From NCBI GenBank assembly GCA_037130175.1, contig JBAXTN010000006.1, positions 21,829 to 85,828 on the forward strand: a stretch of 64,000 nt of DNA, written 5' to 3'. The notes beneath the pieces were generated by a model that worked only from the letters and a program-made list of their open reading frames with translations, was not told the origin of the DNA and ran no database searches. The stretch's first letter is position 1; each line of letters opens with the position of its first letter. The stretch is from a bacterium (lineage in GTDB: Bacteria; Verrucomicrobiota; Verrucomicrobiia; Chthoniobacterales; UBA6821). The position numbers and the translations under genes were made by a program. Positions 10,374-19,218 of this stretch are shown piece after piece.

Positions 10374-11093
10374 TTATCTCCGAACTTGCCAAGCTTCCGC
10401 AGCAAGTGCCGCCGCCGCCGCCGCCACTTCGGCCTCCTTTTTACTATGGCCTTCCCCTTCGCCGAGGTTCAACCCCTCCCAGCATACACGACAGCGGAAG
10501 TGCTTCAGATGCTCGGGACCGCTCTCCTCCAATAGTTCGTAAACCGGAGCACTTGGTGCAAGGGCCTGAAGCACCTCCTGAAGTTTTCCCTTGGGATTGA
10601 TTTCCTCAGGTTCTGCAGCCACTGCATCGAGATCGGCGGCAGCAACCCTCAGGATGAAGATCCGCGCCGCTCCAAGACCTCCATCGAGATAGATGCCGCC
10701 CACGAGAGCCTCGAACGAATCTCCCAGCGTCGATGCCCGTTGGCGACCGCCGCTCGCTTCCTCGCCTCGCCCCATCATGAGATGATCGCCCAGTTCGAGA
10801 GTGCTGGCATGCACCTTCAGGGCGGATCTGGAGACGAGCCGAGTGCGGATCTTGGTCAACTGGCCCTCGGTGAAATCGGGAAACTTGTGAAACAGCTCCT
10901 CCGTGATGACAAGTTGCAGGACGGCATCACCTAGAAACTCAAGCCGCTGGTTGTCGAAGGGATAATCCTTTCTTTCTAGAGAAATACTGGAGTGGGTGAG
11001 TGCCTCGGCGAGCAAAAGCGAGTTTCTGAATTTGTAGCCGATCCGCGTCTCCAGCGGATTCATGAGATGATGTGGTGCCGAACGATTCTCCAT
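10374..11093 (-). CDS. rnc: Ribonuclease III
   Basis: RNase III signature NQRLEFLGDAVLQLVITE, followed by a C-terminal dsRBD (NPKGKLQEVLQ...GPEHLKHFRCRV...GEGEGHSKKEAE). Confidence 0.93.
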   Translation of the reverse strand: MENRSAPHHLMNPLETRIGYKFRNSLLLAEALTHSSISLERKDYPFDNQRLEFLGDAVLQLVITEELFHKFPDFTEGQLTKIRTRLVSRSALKVHASTLELGDHLMMGRGEEASGGRQRASTLGDSFEALVGGIYLDGGLGAARIFILRVAAADLDAVAAEPEEINPKGKLQEVLQALAPSAPVYELLEESGPEHLKHFRCRVCWEGLNLGEGEGHSKKEAEVAAAAAALAAEAWQVRR

Positions 11094-11170
11094 GAGTAGC
11101 TCTCCAGTAATGCGCCGGCATATTGTTGGCGCAAGCTCTTTTCAGAGAGAGTGCTGAACTCTTTAAAAGG

Positions 11171-11590
11171 CTACCAGCAGTTCCCGCGTTGCCAGTTGCC
11201 GTTGTTACGGTAGTTGCCGCCGTAATAATTATTGCGGTTCCAGTTAACTTGATAATTATTGGGACCGCACCAGCGGCCGTTGTTGTAATACCGGGGTCCT
11301 CCACGATAGTAGCAGCCATTACCGAAATAATAGCCGTTCCTGTAGGCACAGTACTGGCCTCGATGCCAATAACCGTAGCCATAACCGGGATAGAATGTCG
11401 GGGCTATGACAACGGAGGGCATACCGTAGGTAGGCCCGTAATAGGGTGCCGGGGGAGGAGGGCCGGGATTAAACACAACACGATTCGGAACGTTGCCGTT
11501 GTAGGGAGCACCGGGCACTGCGCATCCTCCAAGGAGCAAGGGGAGTAGTAGGGTAAAAACCAGTACAAAAACTGAACGAAGTCGATGCAT
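11171..11590 (-). CDS. Small lipoprotein, Gly/Tyr/Asn/Pro-rich with scattered Cys
   Basis: Signal peptide with lipobox (LLLPLLLGG-C). The mature part is low-complexity and aromatic-rich (YGYGYWHRGQYCAYRNGYYFGNGCYYRGGPRYYNNGRWCGPNNYQVNWNRNNYYGGNYRNNGNW). Confidence 0.7.
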   Translation of the reverse strand: MHRLRSVFVLVFTLLLPLLLGGCAVPGAPYNGNVPNRVVFNPGPPPPAPYYGPTYGMPSVVIAPTFYPGYGYGYWHRGQYCAYRNGYYFGNGCYYRGGPRYYNNGRWCGPNNYQVNWNRNNYYGGNYRNNGNWQRGNCW

Positions 11591-11744
11591 TGCTCCATTC
11601 GTTCAGACATTGCTGATCAGTGGAAGTTCAAATGAACTTCGATCGTGTGAATGAAATCAGCATTCCTGGTCACTTTTCTTTTGCACTGACCAGATCTTGA
11701 CGATAAAACTTGCCTCCCTGATTTCCTTTTGGAAACGGAAAATC

Positions 11745-11819
<75 letters not shown>

Positions 11820-12153
11820 GCTTAAATGCTGGATCTAGAGGTGATTTCCCTCTTTCTATAAAAGCACCTCGGCCACTTTTTCAGTAGTTTTTGCCACCCA
11901 TCGCGTGCCGCCACCGCCCCTTTTGTACGAGAGGATGATTTAGAAATCATTACCCGAGTGGCTCAAAGCCTGCCTGCTATTGATGCAACGCGGTAAAATC
12001 TATAACGGGCATCGGCGTTTGATTTCTGGCCTAAGCGGCATCTCCATTGGCTGGGGCTGAAGTGTGACGAGATTGTAACAATTGAACCCTTGGTTGTTGA
12101 GCGATTGGTCGTTAAACCTGCGCGGCTTAAAATAACCAACAATCTATATTTCA

Positions 12154-14190
12154 ATGAAAAAACTCGGACTGCTCGTAACTATTCTTGCACTACTAGGAGG
12201 CAAAGCCTTCGCGGCAGCCGGCGCCGAACTGAGCAACAATTCCACCACCGGTATCTTGCTAGGATCTGGTACCGAAACCATCGATGGGGGCGTAAGCCTG
12301 ACAGTGAGTGGCAGCACCGACGCCATCCAAGTCACTAATAATTCTACGATCGTCAACAACGGGACTATTTCTCAAACAGGTTCGGCCAGAGCCATCCGGC
12401 TTACCAATGCGGGTGTGACACTGGTGATTACGAATTCGAGCACTGGAGTGATGCAGGCGAGTAATAGCGATGTCGTTGCGGTCACTAAATCCTCCAACGA
12501 TAATGTCTATCTCTACAACTCCGGTACGATCAACTCGATCAACTCGTCTGCCGGTGGCAATCAGGGCATTAACTGGAGCGTTATCACGACGGGTACAAAC
12601 GTCCTTTACAACTACGGATCTGGCACCATCACGGCGGCCAATGCAGATGCGGTACGTCCGGGTGCAGGCGGTATCATTTACAATGCCGGCACGATCAAGA
12701 GCACGACCACCAACGGTAGCGGTAGCGATGGCATCGATGCCCAGACCAACTCAGGATTCACTGTCGTCAATGCCTTTACCAACGGAACCGGACTGATCGA
12801 AGGTGGAAGACATGGGATCACTGGTGGTATAACTAACGGATCTGGAAATTACTCTGTAACAATCACGAACAACACTGGAGGAACCATACAGGGAGACAAC
12901 GGCTCTGGTATCAATATTGATGGGATCAACGGGAGCGAAATCGTTTCGGTCATCAATAACGGCACAATTACGGGCAACGGTCACTCCCTGGCAGTCGAAA
13001 CCAACGCAGTGAGTCATGACGGTGATGGTATTGACGTCGACGGCATCCTCAATCTTACCAACACAGGAACCATCCGCTCTATCGGAGCTTATAGCACAAA
13101 TGGAGCGATTGCCTACAGTGAGGGACTTACCATTGGTGGTGGTATCATCGTTAACTCTGGCCTGATTGAGGGAACCAACACGGCCGGTTATTCCAACACA
13201 CTGGGACGCGGAATCTCATTTCTCGGCAACGACACAACCAATAACCCCACAGGACGTGAACAAATCTATGGCAACTGTGTGGTGACCAACCAAGCTGGTG
13301 GCATCATCCGCGGTGGAAATGACTCGGCTATCGTCGTCGATGGTCCTGCCAACACCAATGGCTACACGGTGAGCATCAACAACCAGGCCGGCGGCACGAT
13401 CCAGGGAGGAAGTAGCTCCAACGCAGCAATTGCGGTGGGTTCCAACAGCGCCACCATTATTAACTCCGGCACGATCGACGGATCCTCTAGCGGCAAGGCC
13501 ATCTCATTTCAGGGAGGCACCAACTTGGTCCAAATCACTGGAGGAAGCGCTGTGGTTCGGGGTGACATCATTGGATCAGTCGGTGGATCTAACTCGTTAA
13601 CCATTGCAGCGGGTACGGGAAACAGTTTTAGCTTCAGTAATTCGGTCTCCAATTTTAGCTCCATCCAATTACAGAGTGGTACGACTACTCTTCTTGGAAG
13701 TAATTCATTTGGAGGAGCGGTGAGCGTCTCAAATGGCGCTATTCTAGCCGCGGGTTCAGGTGGAGCTGGCAGCTTAAGTTTTTCACAGGGGTTAACACTT
13801 GTCTCCGGATCAATCCTCCAATTTGCTCTTGGAGGCACTAATAGTTTCACTTCTATCCATATGACGGGTGGATCTACATTAACCTACGGGGGAACTTTGC
13901 AGTTTAACCTTTCCTCTTACAATTTTGTCACCGGGGATACCTTCACTCTCTTTGACTTATCTGGTGGAACTTATACGGGTGATTTTTCCTCGATCATGGA
14001 TGGAGGGATCTCCTTTACGAAATCCGCCGGGATCTGGAGTGCCAATGATGGTAACAACCACTCGCTTGTTTTCAACGGATCTACCGGTCAGTTGAGTGTT
14101 AGCGCAGTCCCCGAACCCTCCACCTACGCGCTCTTCGGCCTTGGTGCGCTGTCTCTCTTGATTGCTGCTAGAAGGAAGAAGGCTTTATAA
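12154..14190 (+). CDS. PEP-CTERM-anchored surface protein with autotransporter-passenger-like beta-helix repeats
   Basis: Signal peptide (LLVTILALLGGKAFA) and about 600 aa of G/S/T/N-rich beta-strand repeats (NxGTIxG..., GGTIQG..., SGTIDG...). The C-terminus VPEPSTYALFGLGALSLLIAARRKKAL is a canonical PEP-CTERM sorting signal. Confidence 0.88.
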   Translation: MKKLGLLVTILALLGGKAFAAAGAELSNNSTTGILLGSGTETIDGGVSLTVSGSTDAIQVTNNSTIVNNGTISQTGSARAIRLTNAGVTLVITNSSTGVMQASNSDVVAVTKSSNDNVYLYNSGTINSINSSAGGNQGINWSVITTGTNVLYNYGSGTITAANADAVRPGAGGIIYNAGTIKSTTTNGSGSDGIDAQTNSGFTVVNAFTNGTGLIEGGRHGITGGITNGSGNYSVTITNNTGGTIQGDNGSGINIDGINGSEIVSVINNGTITGNGHSLAVETNAVSHDGDGIDVDGILNLTNTGTIRSIGAYSTNGAIAYSEGLTIGGGIIVNSGLIEGTNTAGYSNTLGRGISFLGNDTTNNPTGREQIYGNCVVTNQAGGIIRGGNDSAIVVDGPANTNGYTVSINNQAGGTIQGGSSSNAAIAVGSNSATIINSGTIDGSSSGKAISFQGGTNLVQITGGSAVVRGDIIGSVGGSNSLTIAAGTGNSFSFSNSVSNFSSIQLQSGTTTLLGSNSFGGAVSVSNGAILAAGSGGAGSLSFSQGLTLVSGSILQFALGGTNSFTSIHMTGGSTLTYGGTLQFNLSSYNFVTGDTFTLFDLSGGTYTGDFSSIMDGGISFTKSAGIWSANDGNNHSLVFNGSTGQLSVSAVPEPSTYALFGLGALSLLIAARRKKAL

Positions 14191-14211
14191 TCCCTTCGTC
14201 ACCTTTACACT

Positions 14212-14244
14212 CCCCCGCTTCCTTTGTTGGGGGCGGGGTTTTTG
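14212..14244 (+). terminator. Rho-independent terminator after the 12154..14190 gene
   Basis: CCCCGC (14213-14218) pairs with GCGGGG (14233-14238) and is followed by TTTTT. It lies about 20 nt after the stop codon. Confidence 0.6.
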
Positions 14245-14497
14245 TTGCATAAAGAGCGTTACAAAATCGAAACAAAGCTTCCTCGCTAACTGGAAGAAAG
14301 GGAAAAACAACTCCCCAAACAGAAAATCAGACGAGTTAACCGTTTTGTTCAAAAGAAAAGATGGCTTTTTGTTCGGTAAGACACCCAGGAACTGTGTTTA
14401 AAGGCGGATAAAACAAAAATTCATTTTCTTGTGAAATATCTCTTGCGCTCTGGTTGGGAGTATGTTTTCATTTTCATACGAAATCACAATTTCACCC

Positions 14498-15481
14498 ATG
14501 AAAAACAAATCACTCCTCCTCGTTCTTGCCATTGTCTCTGGTTCATCATTCTGCCTTAAAAGTGCCCACGCTCAAAACCTCACCGTATCGAACTTCCAAA
14601 GCATCGATGTTCCGGGGGCTTCCCAGACCCTGGCTTATGCCATTGCGGGTAATACAGAGGTCGGTCAATACACTCAAAATGGCGTCACCTATGGTTTTGC
14701 GGAAACGGGCTCAAGCATCACGACCCTGAATCACGCCACCGACAGGACGCCGGCCAATACTTACCTTAGAGGAGTTTATGTCGATCCCAACACAGGAAAT
14801 ACAACATTGCTAGGGGGCTACTACAGCAAAGATGGTCTCTCCCATGGCTTCTCGCAAACCGGAGGAGTCTATACGGCGATCAATGATCCCAAGGGCGTGT
14901 CTACTTATGTCTTCGGGAAGTCTGGAGAAACCGTGGTGGGATATTATAATCTGGCCAATGGTAATAGTATCGGGTTCAGCATGACCGGAGGAACCTATTC
15001 AGATATCATTGATCCCAATGCCGGGACTCATACCTACCTGCGAAGCATCTCTGGAAATACAATCGTTGGAGATTACACTGATAAAAATAATGTCAGCCAT
15101 GCTTTTTCAGAGACTGCCGGACTCTTCACCGACATTAATCTTCCGCCGGGCGTGCAATCTTCCTCTGCGCGGGGGATCTCTGGAAACATAGTTGCGGGTT
15201 TCTACACTGACCTCAATGGGATCACCCAGGGTTTCCTCGAAATGGGCACAACCTTTACACCGGTTATTGATCCGGCGGGTGGCCTCGGTAGCAAAACCTA
15301 TGTGACCGGTATTTCCGGTAATGAGATTGTCGGCTATTATACGACTGCCGCTGGAGTGAGTCATAGCTTCACGGCAGATATTGCAGTTGCACCGGGAGCT
15401 CCCGCTCCCCCCGTGACCGCTTGCTTGGCATTTGCAGGAGTTCTCCTGCTCCAAGCACTTCGGAACCGTAAGACTGCTTAA
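14498..15481 (+). CDS. Secreted HAF-family extracellular repeat protein with atypical C-terminal anchor
   Basis: The likely start is Met13 (MKNKSLLLVLAIVSGSS, signal peptide); the ORF opens at 14462. It carries about 7 repeats of the form ISGNxIVGxYTxxxGxSHAF/HGF/QGF. The tail is APGAPAPPVTACLAFAGVLLLQALRNRKTA. Confidence 0.82.
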   Translation: MKNKSLLLVLAIVSGSSFCLKSAHAQNLTVSNFQSIDVPGASQTLAYAIAGNTEVGQYTQNGVTYGFAETGSSITTLNHATDRTPANTYLRGVYVDPNTGNTTLLGGYYSKDGLSHGFSQTGGVYTAINDPKGVSTYVFGKSGETVVGYYNLANGNSIGFSMTGGTYSDIIDPNAGTHTYLRSISGNTIVGDYTDKNNVSHAFSETAGLFTDINLPPGVQSSSARGISGNIVAGFYTDLNGITQGFLEMGTTFTPVIDPAGGLGSKTYVTGISGNEIVGYYTTAAGVSHSFTADIAVAPGAPAPPVTACLAFAGVLLLQALRNRKTA

Positions 15482-15692
15482 GAGGCATTTCTTGGTCATT
15501 TCAAGCCTCGTTTCGCTCTCTAGGTGTCGGGACTTTTTGTTTTGTATAATCAAGAGCTTTGAATCCGTTTGAATTTATCCCCTTTCAGATGTGATTGTTA
15601 CGATTCCGACAAAGAGCAAATTCTTCTTGCTGGAATGGCAAAATGAGATAGGGTCTCAATAACAACTTTCTAGGGTCTTCATACAAAGACTT

Positions 15693-15725
15693 CCCCGTAG
15701 AGCCGTTCGCTCACGGGGCTTTTTT
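15693..15725 (+). terminator. Strong intrinsic terminator-like hairpin, about 210 nt after one gene and about 40 nt before the next start
   Basis: CCCCGT(A)GAGC-CGTTC-GCTC-ACGGGG forms a 10-bp interrupted stem, followed by CTTTTTT. Confidence 0.7.
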
Positions 15726-15764
15726 GTGCCTGCGTGGGAAATAACCCAAAACCGCAGTCATATT

Positions 15765-16310
15765 ATGAAAAAAATCATTCTCGCCCTCGCTCTCGTGGCA
15801 GGGCTTACCTCATTCGCTGGAAATGCGAAGGCTCAGCAACAGTTTGCATTTAGTTTTACAGGTAACACTACTCCTGGCGGTCCATTTTACACTGATACGA
15901 TCCAAGGAATTCTAACGTTAAATTCACAAGGAACCGCAGCAACGAGTGTCTATGTAACAAATGACATCGGAGGTAATGTTAACGTTTTAAGTTACAATTT
16001 TAATGAATTTGTTAATGCGAACAGTTTCACTGTGAGCAATATAGGCGGAGTCCCTACGATAATTGCTGGTCAGTATAATGGTTATGCCGGTAATGGTGCG
16101 GATGGACTTTCTCTTAATTATGTTGGTTCTGGTTCTCAAGTTTATGTATCTGAATACGTTATCGCTGGGGCAATCGTTTTGAACGAAATCTCTATTTCAA
16201 CTGGTATTGGAGGCACAACCTTCTCAGCAGTCCCCGAGCCTTCGACCTACGCTCTCTTCGGACTTGGTACCTTGGCTCTGATTATTGCCTATCGCAGGAA
16301 AGTCGCTTAA
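15765..16310 (+). CDS. Small PEP-CTERM-anchored secreted protein
   Basis: ATG 15765 gives MKKIILALALVAGLTSFAGNAKA (signal peptide); the listed ORF opens at GTG 15726. The C-terminus VPEPSTYALFGLGTLALIIAYRRKVA is nearly identical to the tail of the 12154 gene. The coding sequence is AT-rich. Confidence 0.85.
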   Translation: MKKIILALALVAGLTSFAGNAKAQQQFAFSFTGNTTPGGPFYTDTIQGILTLNSQGTAATSVYVTNDIGGNVNVLSYNFNEFVNANSFTVSNIGGVPTIIAGQYNGYAGNGADGLSLNYVGSGSQVYVSEYVIAGAIVLNEISISTGIGGTTFSAVPEPSTYALFGLGTLALIIAYRRKVA

Positions 16311-16334
16311 ACAGACTTCAGTTTTTCATAGAAG

Positions 16335-16364
16335 CCCATCCTCTTAATTGGGGATGGGTTTTTT
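16335..16364 (+). terminator. Rho-independent terminator after the 15765..16310 gene
   Basis: CCCATCC (16335-16341) pairs with GGATGGG (16352-16358), with loop TCTTAATTG, followed by TTTTTT. Confidence 0.75.
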
Positions 16365-16465
16365 GTTTCTAGGGACCCTCCCAGCCAAAACCATAAAATC
16401 CATTCGTCTGGTCACCTGTAATTCATTCAGCTAATCCGTACCGTTGCTTAACCGGTGTAATAAAA

Positions 16466-17728
16466 ATGATCCATCATCACGTACTTCTGTCAGTTGTAGG
16501 GCTTGCATTAAGCCTTAATCTCCCAGCTCAAACCACGAGCACTGTTCAAGCCGAAGGTGGTGCCACAAACTTTGAAACTGCCGGGTTTGTGGAGGCCAGC
16601 AAGTTTGTACCTGTGACGATGCTCTCAGGTTCCTTGCACTCGGTAGGTGCGCAAGCCTACAACAACGGGCTTCAGAACGCCTATCAGCTCCAAAACGCAG
16701 GTGCGACAACTTCAATTCTCGGCACGCCTCTTCTGCTGCGGCGAATTAGGGAAATTTACGCGATTGATTATCTCCGACGCCAGAGCAGGAGTGACGAGTT
16801 CACAAAGGCCTTGGCAAAAGCAGGCAGGGATAAAGTTAACTCAGTCATCAATGTTGCCAAAGATCCTATCGGCTCCGTCATGAATCTGCCCAAGGGAGCC
16901 TCCCGATTCTTTGGAAATGTCGGAGAGGGACTCAAAGGAGTTCAGGGCGGGAATGGGGGGGGTGCCATAGAAGCCGCAACCGGCATGAGCAGGGAAAAAG
17001 CACGGCTGGCATTCAAGCTTGGAGTAAGTCCCTATACGGATAATCAGGAGTTACAGGAGCAACTTTCCAATGCCGCTTGGGCGATGGCCGGCGGTGGACT
17101 TGTGCTGAGTGCCGCGAGTGTCGTTGTGCCTGGAGTAGCCGGCACCGCACTGACGGCAATAGGAGGAAACCAGATTCTTCAGAATCAGCTTATCAATACT
17201 CCTCCCAACCAGTTGAGGATCATGAACCGCAAAAAGCTCTTTGCTCTCGGTCTTGATCGCGATCAGGCCGACGCCTTCTTGATGCAGCCTTGCTACACAC
17301 CGGAAAATTTCACCATCATTGTAGATGCCCTTTCCCGTATCGGCCTGAATCCAGAAGCATTCCTTAATGAGGCGAATTTAGCGGCTAATCCCGAAGATGC
17401 TTTCTATTTCCAAAGGATTGCTCAACTACTTCTGCAATATCAGCAGAGCGTGACGCCAATCCAGTCCCTTCATGTAAAGGATGGTCTTGTTTGCGGCCTC
17501 GATAAGAATGGCATTCTGGTAGTACCCGTATCTCTTGATTACGGGATCTGGAGTGAAGGCATTTCAAAGCGGATCGATGAGTTTTCAACGCTCCTCCAAG
17601 TAAATACAAAGGTCAAAGGACTTGCTTTATGGACCGACGGTCAGCTTTCAGCTCGTCTTCGCGACGAGCTGAACCAGCGTAATATCTCTTATCAGATGCT
17701 CGCCTTGGATTCAGTGACTTTGAAGTAG
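16466..17728 (+). CDS. Hypothetical secreted protein (420 aa)
   Basis: N-terminal signal-like segment (VLLSVVGLALSLNLPAQT). The ORF is long and uninterrupted. I recognise no family. Confidence 0.6.
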   Translation: MIHHHVLLSVVGLALSLNLPAQTTSTVQAEGGATNFETAGFVEASKFVPVTMLSGSLHSVGAQAYNNGLQNAYQLQNAGATTSILGTPLLLRRIREIYAIDYLRRQSRSDEFTKALAKAGRDKVNSVINVAKDPIGSVMNLPKGASRFFGNVGEGLKGVQGGNGGGAIEAATGMSREKARLAFKLGVSPYTDNQELQEQLSNAAWAMAGGGLVLSAASVVVPGVAGTALTAIGGNQILQNQLINTPPNQLRIMNRKKLFALGLDRDQADAFLMQPCYTPENFTIIVDALSRIGLNPEAFLNEANLAANPEDAFYFQRIAQLLLQYQQSVTPIQSLHVKDGLVCGLDKNGILVVPVSLDYGIWSEGISKRIDEFSTLLQVNTKVKGLALWTDGQLSARLRDELNQRNISYQMLALDSVTLK

Positions 17729-17745
17729 CCACTGATTTTTAGTCA

Positions 17746-18153
17746 TCAGCGACGGAAGGATCCAGAGCGACCACCCGATCCGTGCCAAGAGCCGGATCCT
17801 CCACCCCATGAAGCAGAGCCACCACGGTAACCGTTCGCGCTGCCTGAACCGCCTCCCCACGAGGCGGAACCTCCGCGATAGCCTTGGGCATTGCCCGATC
17901 CGTTATTCCATGATGCGGATCCACCGCGTGAGTTATTGTAGTAGCCGCTGTTGTTGTAGCTGTTGCGGTAGGCATTGTTGTAATAACTGCCTCCATAGAA
18001 TCCAGCGCCACCCCAGCCATAGGCGGGGACGACAGCGGCAGGAGATCCGTAGACTGCAGGTCCCGTGGAATAAACGCCGCTGCAACCCGTTTGGGAAAGA
18101 AGCATGAAGGGGCAGAGAGCCACCAGAGCAAGGAGGGAGAGGTGTGATTTCAT
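17746..18153 (-). CDS. Small lipoprotein, Gly/Ser/Tyr/Asn-rich with 17-aa tandem repeats
   Basis: Met48 of ORF 17746..18294 gives MKSHLSLLALVALCPFMLLSQTG-C (lipobox). The longer ORF would overlap the upstream gene. The mature part contains GGSYYNNAYRNSYNNSGYYNN followed by RGGSASW(N/G)(N/G)GSG(N/S)A(Q/N)GY repeats. Confidence 0.72.
   Translation of the reverse strand: MKSHLSLLALVALCPFMLLSQTGCSGVYSTGPAVYGSPAAVVPAYGWGGAGFYGGSYYNNAYRNSYNNSGYYNNSRGGSASWNNGSGNAQGYRGGSASWGGGSGSANGYRGGSASWGGGSGSWHGSGGRSGSFRR
17785..17928 (-). repeat. In-frame 51-nt tandem repeat (about 2.8 copies) inside the lipoprotein gene
   Basis: It encodes RGGSASWNNGSGNAQGY / RGGSASWGGGSGSANGY / RGGSASWGGGSGSW. Coordinates were derived by counting codons back from the stop. 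Confidence 0.7.
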
Positions 18154-18172
18154 GGGGAGTTCTCGGTGAGGA

Positions 18173-18922
18173 TTAGCGGCCTGAGGAATGGAGTACGGCA
18201 GCAAAGGGGATCTTAGAGAATCCAAGCGGTTGATGAAATTCGAAGGAAGAACTTGAAAGCCAAGGATGCAGGTTCCATCGGGAGAACTCGACAACAGTAC
18301 GCGGATACATGGGCCTGTCTGTAAAAGTGACGGCTAGTCTTCGAGGAAGTGCATCACGACCCGCATCAATCCAGATTTCCCAATTTACATCGGGTGATCT
18401 GAAGGCGAGATGATCGCATGCAACCCCATTGACTTTCGTGCGACCGATAACAATCCCACTCAGAAGATTGCGCGTCAGAATGGAGTAGGGATCGCTATAA
18501 AACAGAGGCGAGGAGGGAAATCGAATTCCCGTTTCACGGGTCAAACCAGTAAGCATGTCGTCCAATGTAGAAGGGGCACTCGTCGTGGAATAAACCTTTT
18601 TCTGAGGGGCAAGAGCTGAAACGGATGCTCCATTATAGAAAAAATTAAAGGCAGGAGCATCACCGCCAAGCTCCGCGCGGAGTTTATCGGGTCGCTTGAG
18701 TGCGATATTTCCCGTAGAAAAGAGTGTGATGAGTTGTCCTGTGAAAGCAGGTACTTCCAAAATACTCTTCGAGCGCACAGTGAAAGATTTTGCGCTAGAG
18801 AGGGAAGTGCTCATGTTCTTGAGCAAGGCGAGGGCTGCTGGATCAACCGCAGCTTTTTTCTCAGCGTGAAGAGGAGAGGCGATCAGCAAAGCTGAGAGGG
18901 ATAGAATGCCGAATGTTTTCAT
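18173..18922 (-). CDS. Periplasmic protein, tentatively LolA-like / DUF2092-type
   Basis: Met13 gives MKTFGILSLSALLIASPLHA (signal peptide). The size (~250 aa) and sequence flavour (ALLKNMSTSLSSAKSFTV...LKRPDKLRAEL...VNGVACDHLAFRSPDVNWEIWID) resemble DUF2092 as I remember it. The family call needs an HMM search. Confidence 0.55.
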   Translation of the reverse strand: MKTFGILSLSALLIASPLHAEKKAAVDPAALALLKNMSTSLSSAKSFTVRSKSILEVPAFTGQLITLFSTGNIALKRPDKLRAELGGDAPAFNFFYNGASVSALAPQKKVYSTTSAPSTLDDMLTGLTRETGIRFPSSPLFYSDPYSILTRNLLSGIVIGRTKVNGVACDHLAFRSPDVNWEIWIDAGRDALPRRLAVTFTDRPMYPRTVVEFSRWNLHPWLSSSSFEFHQPLGFSKIPFAAVLHSSGR

Positions 18923-19218
18923 GGTTTGGTTTAGGGGGGGTGTAAGTGAGGTGATCACATAACAATCTGCCTGAGGGATAAAAGCACTTCCAATCTACAG
19001 GAGAAAGATTCTTCTAGGGAGCGGTTACAATTTCACATTTTGAAATATTCGTCACAATGAGCTTACCCGATGATTTGGCCAGAGCTAGGTTGAGGGTCTG
19101 GAGGCATTGAGCGGATGATTTTTAACTCTGGATTTGTATCCGACTTGGGAGGAAGTGCACGAAAGCATTTACAGGACAGTCGTTTCCTGCGACCTTCTCG
19201 CCCTGACAGTTTTCCTTC

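Noticed and set aside
10103-10600. 165-aa plus-strand ORF with a poly-Pro stretch spanning the membrane-protein/rnc junction.
   Set aside because: It is antisense to two supported genes, including the conserved RNase III dsRBD, so it is a shadow ORF.
11666-11693. 7-bp inverted repeat CTGGTCA...TGACCAG between the lipoprotein gene and tRNA-Lys; considered as a terminator.
   Set aside because: There is no U-tract on either strand and the loop is 14 nt. The evidence is insufficient to call a terminator or operator.
11963-12154. 63-aa minus-strand ORF in the tRNA to PEP-CTERM gene spacer.
   Set aside because: It has no start context, no homology and atypical composition, and it ends at the start of the plus-strand gene. 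It is probably a chance ORF.
17785-17928. Tandem DNA repeat, considered as a possible CRISPR or VNTR-type non-coding array.
   Set aside because: The repeats are contiguous with no spacers, in frame, and encode the repeated peptide of a lipoprotein with a proper signal and lipobox. This is a coding repeat, not a CRISPR array.
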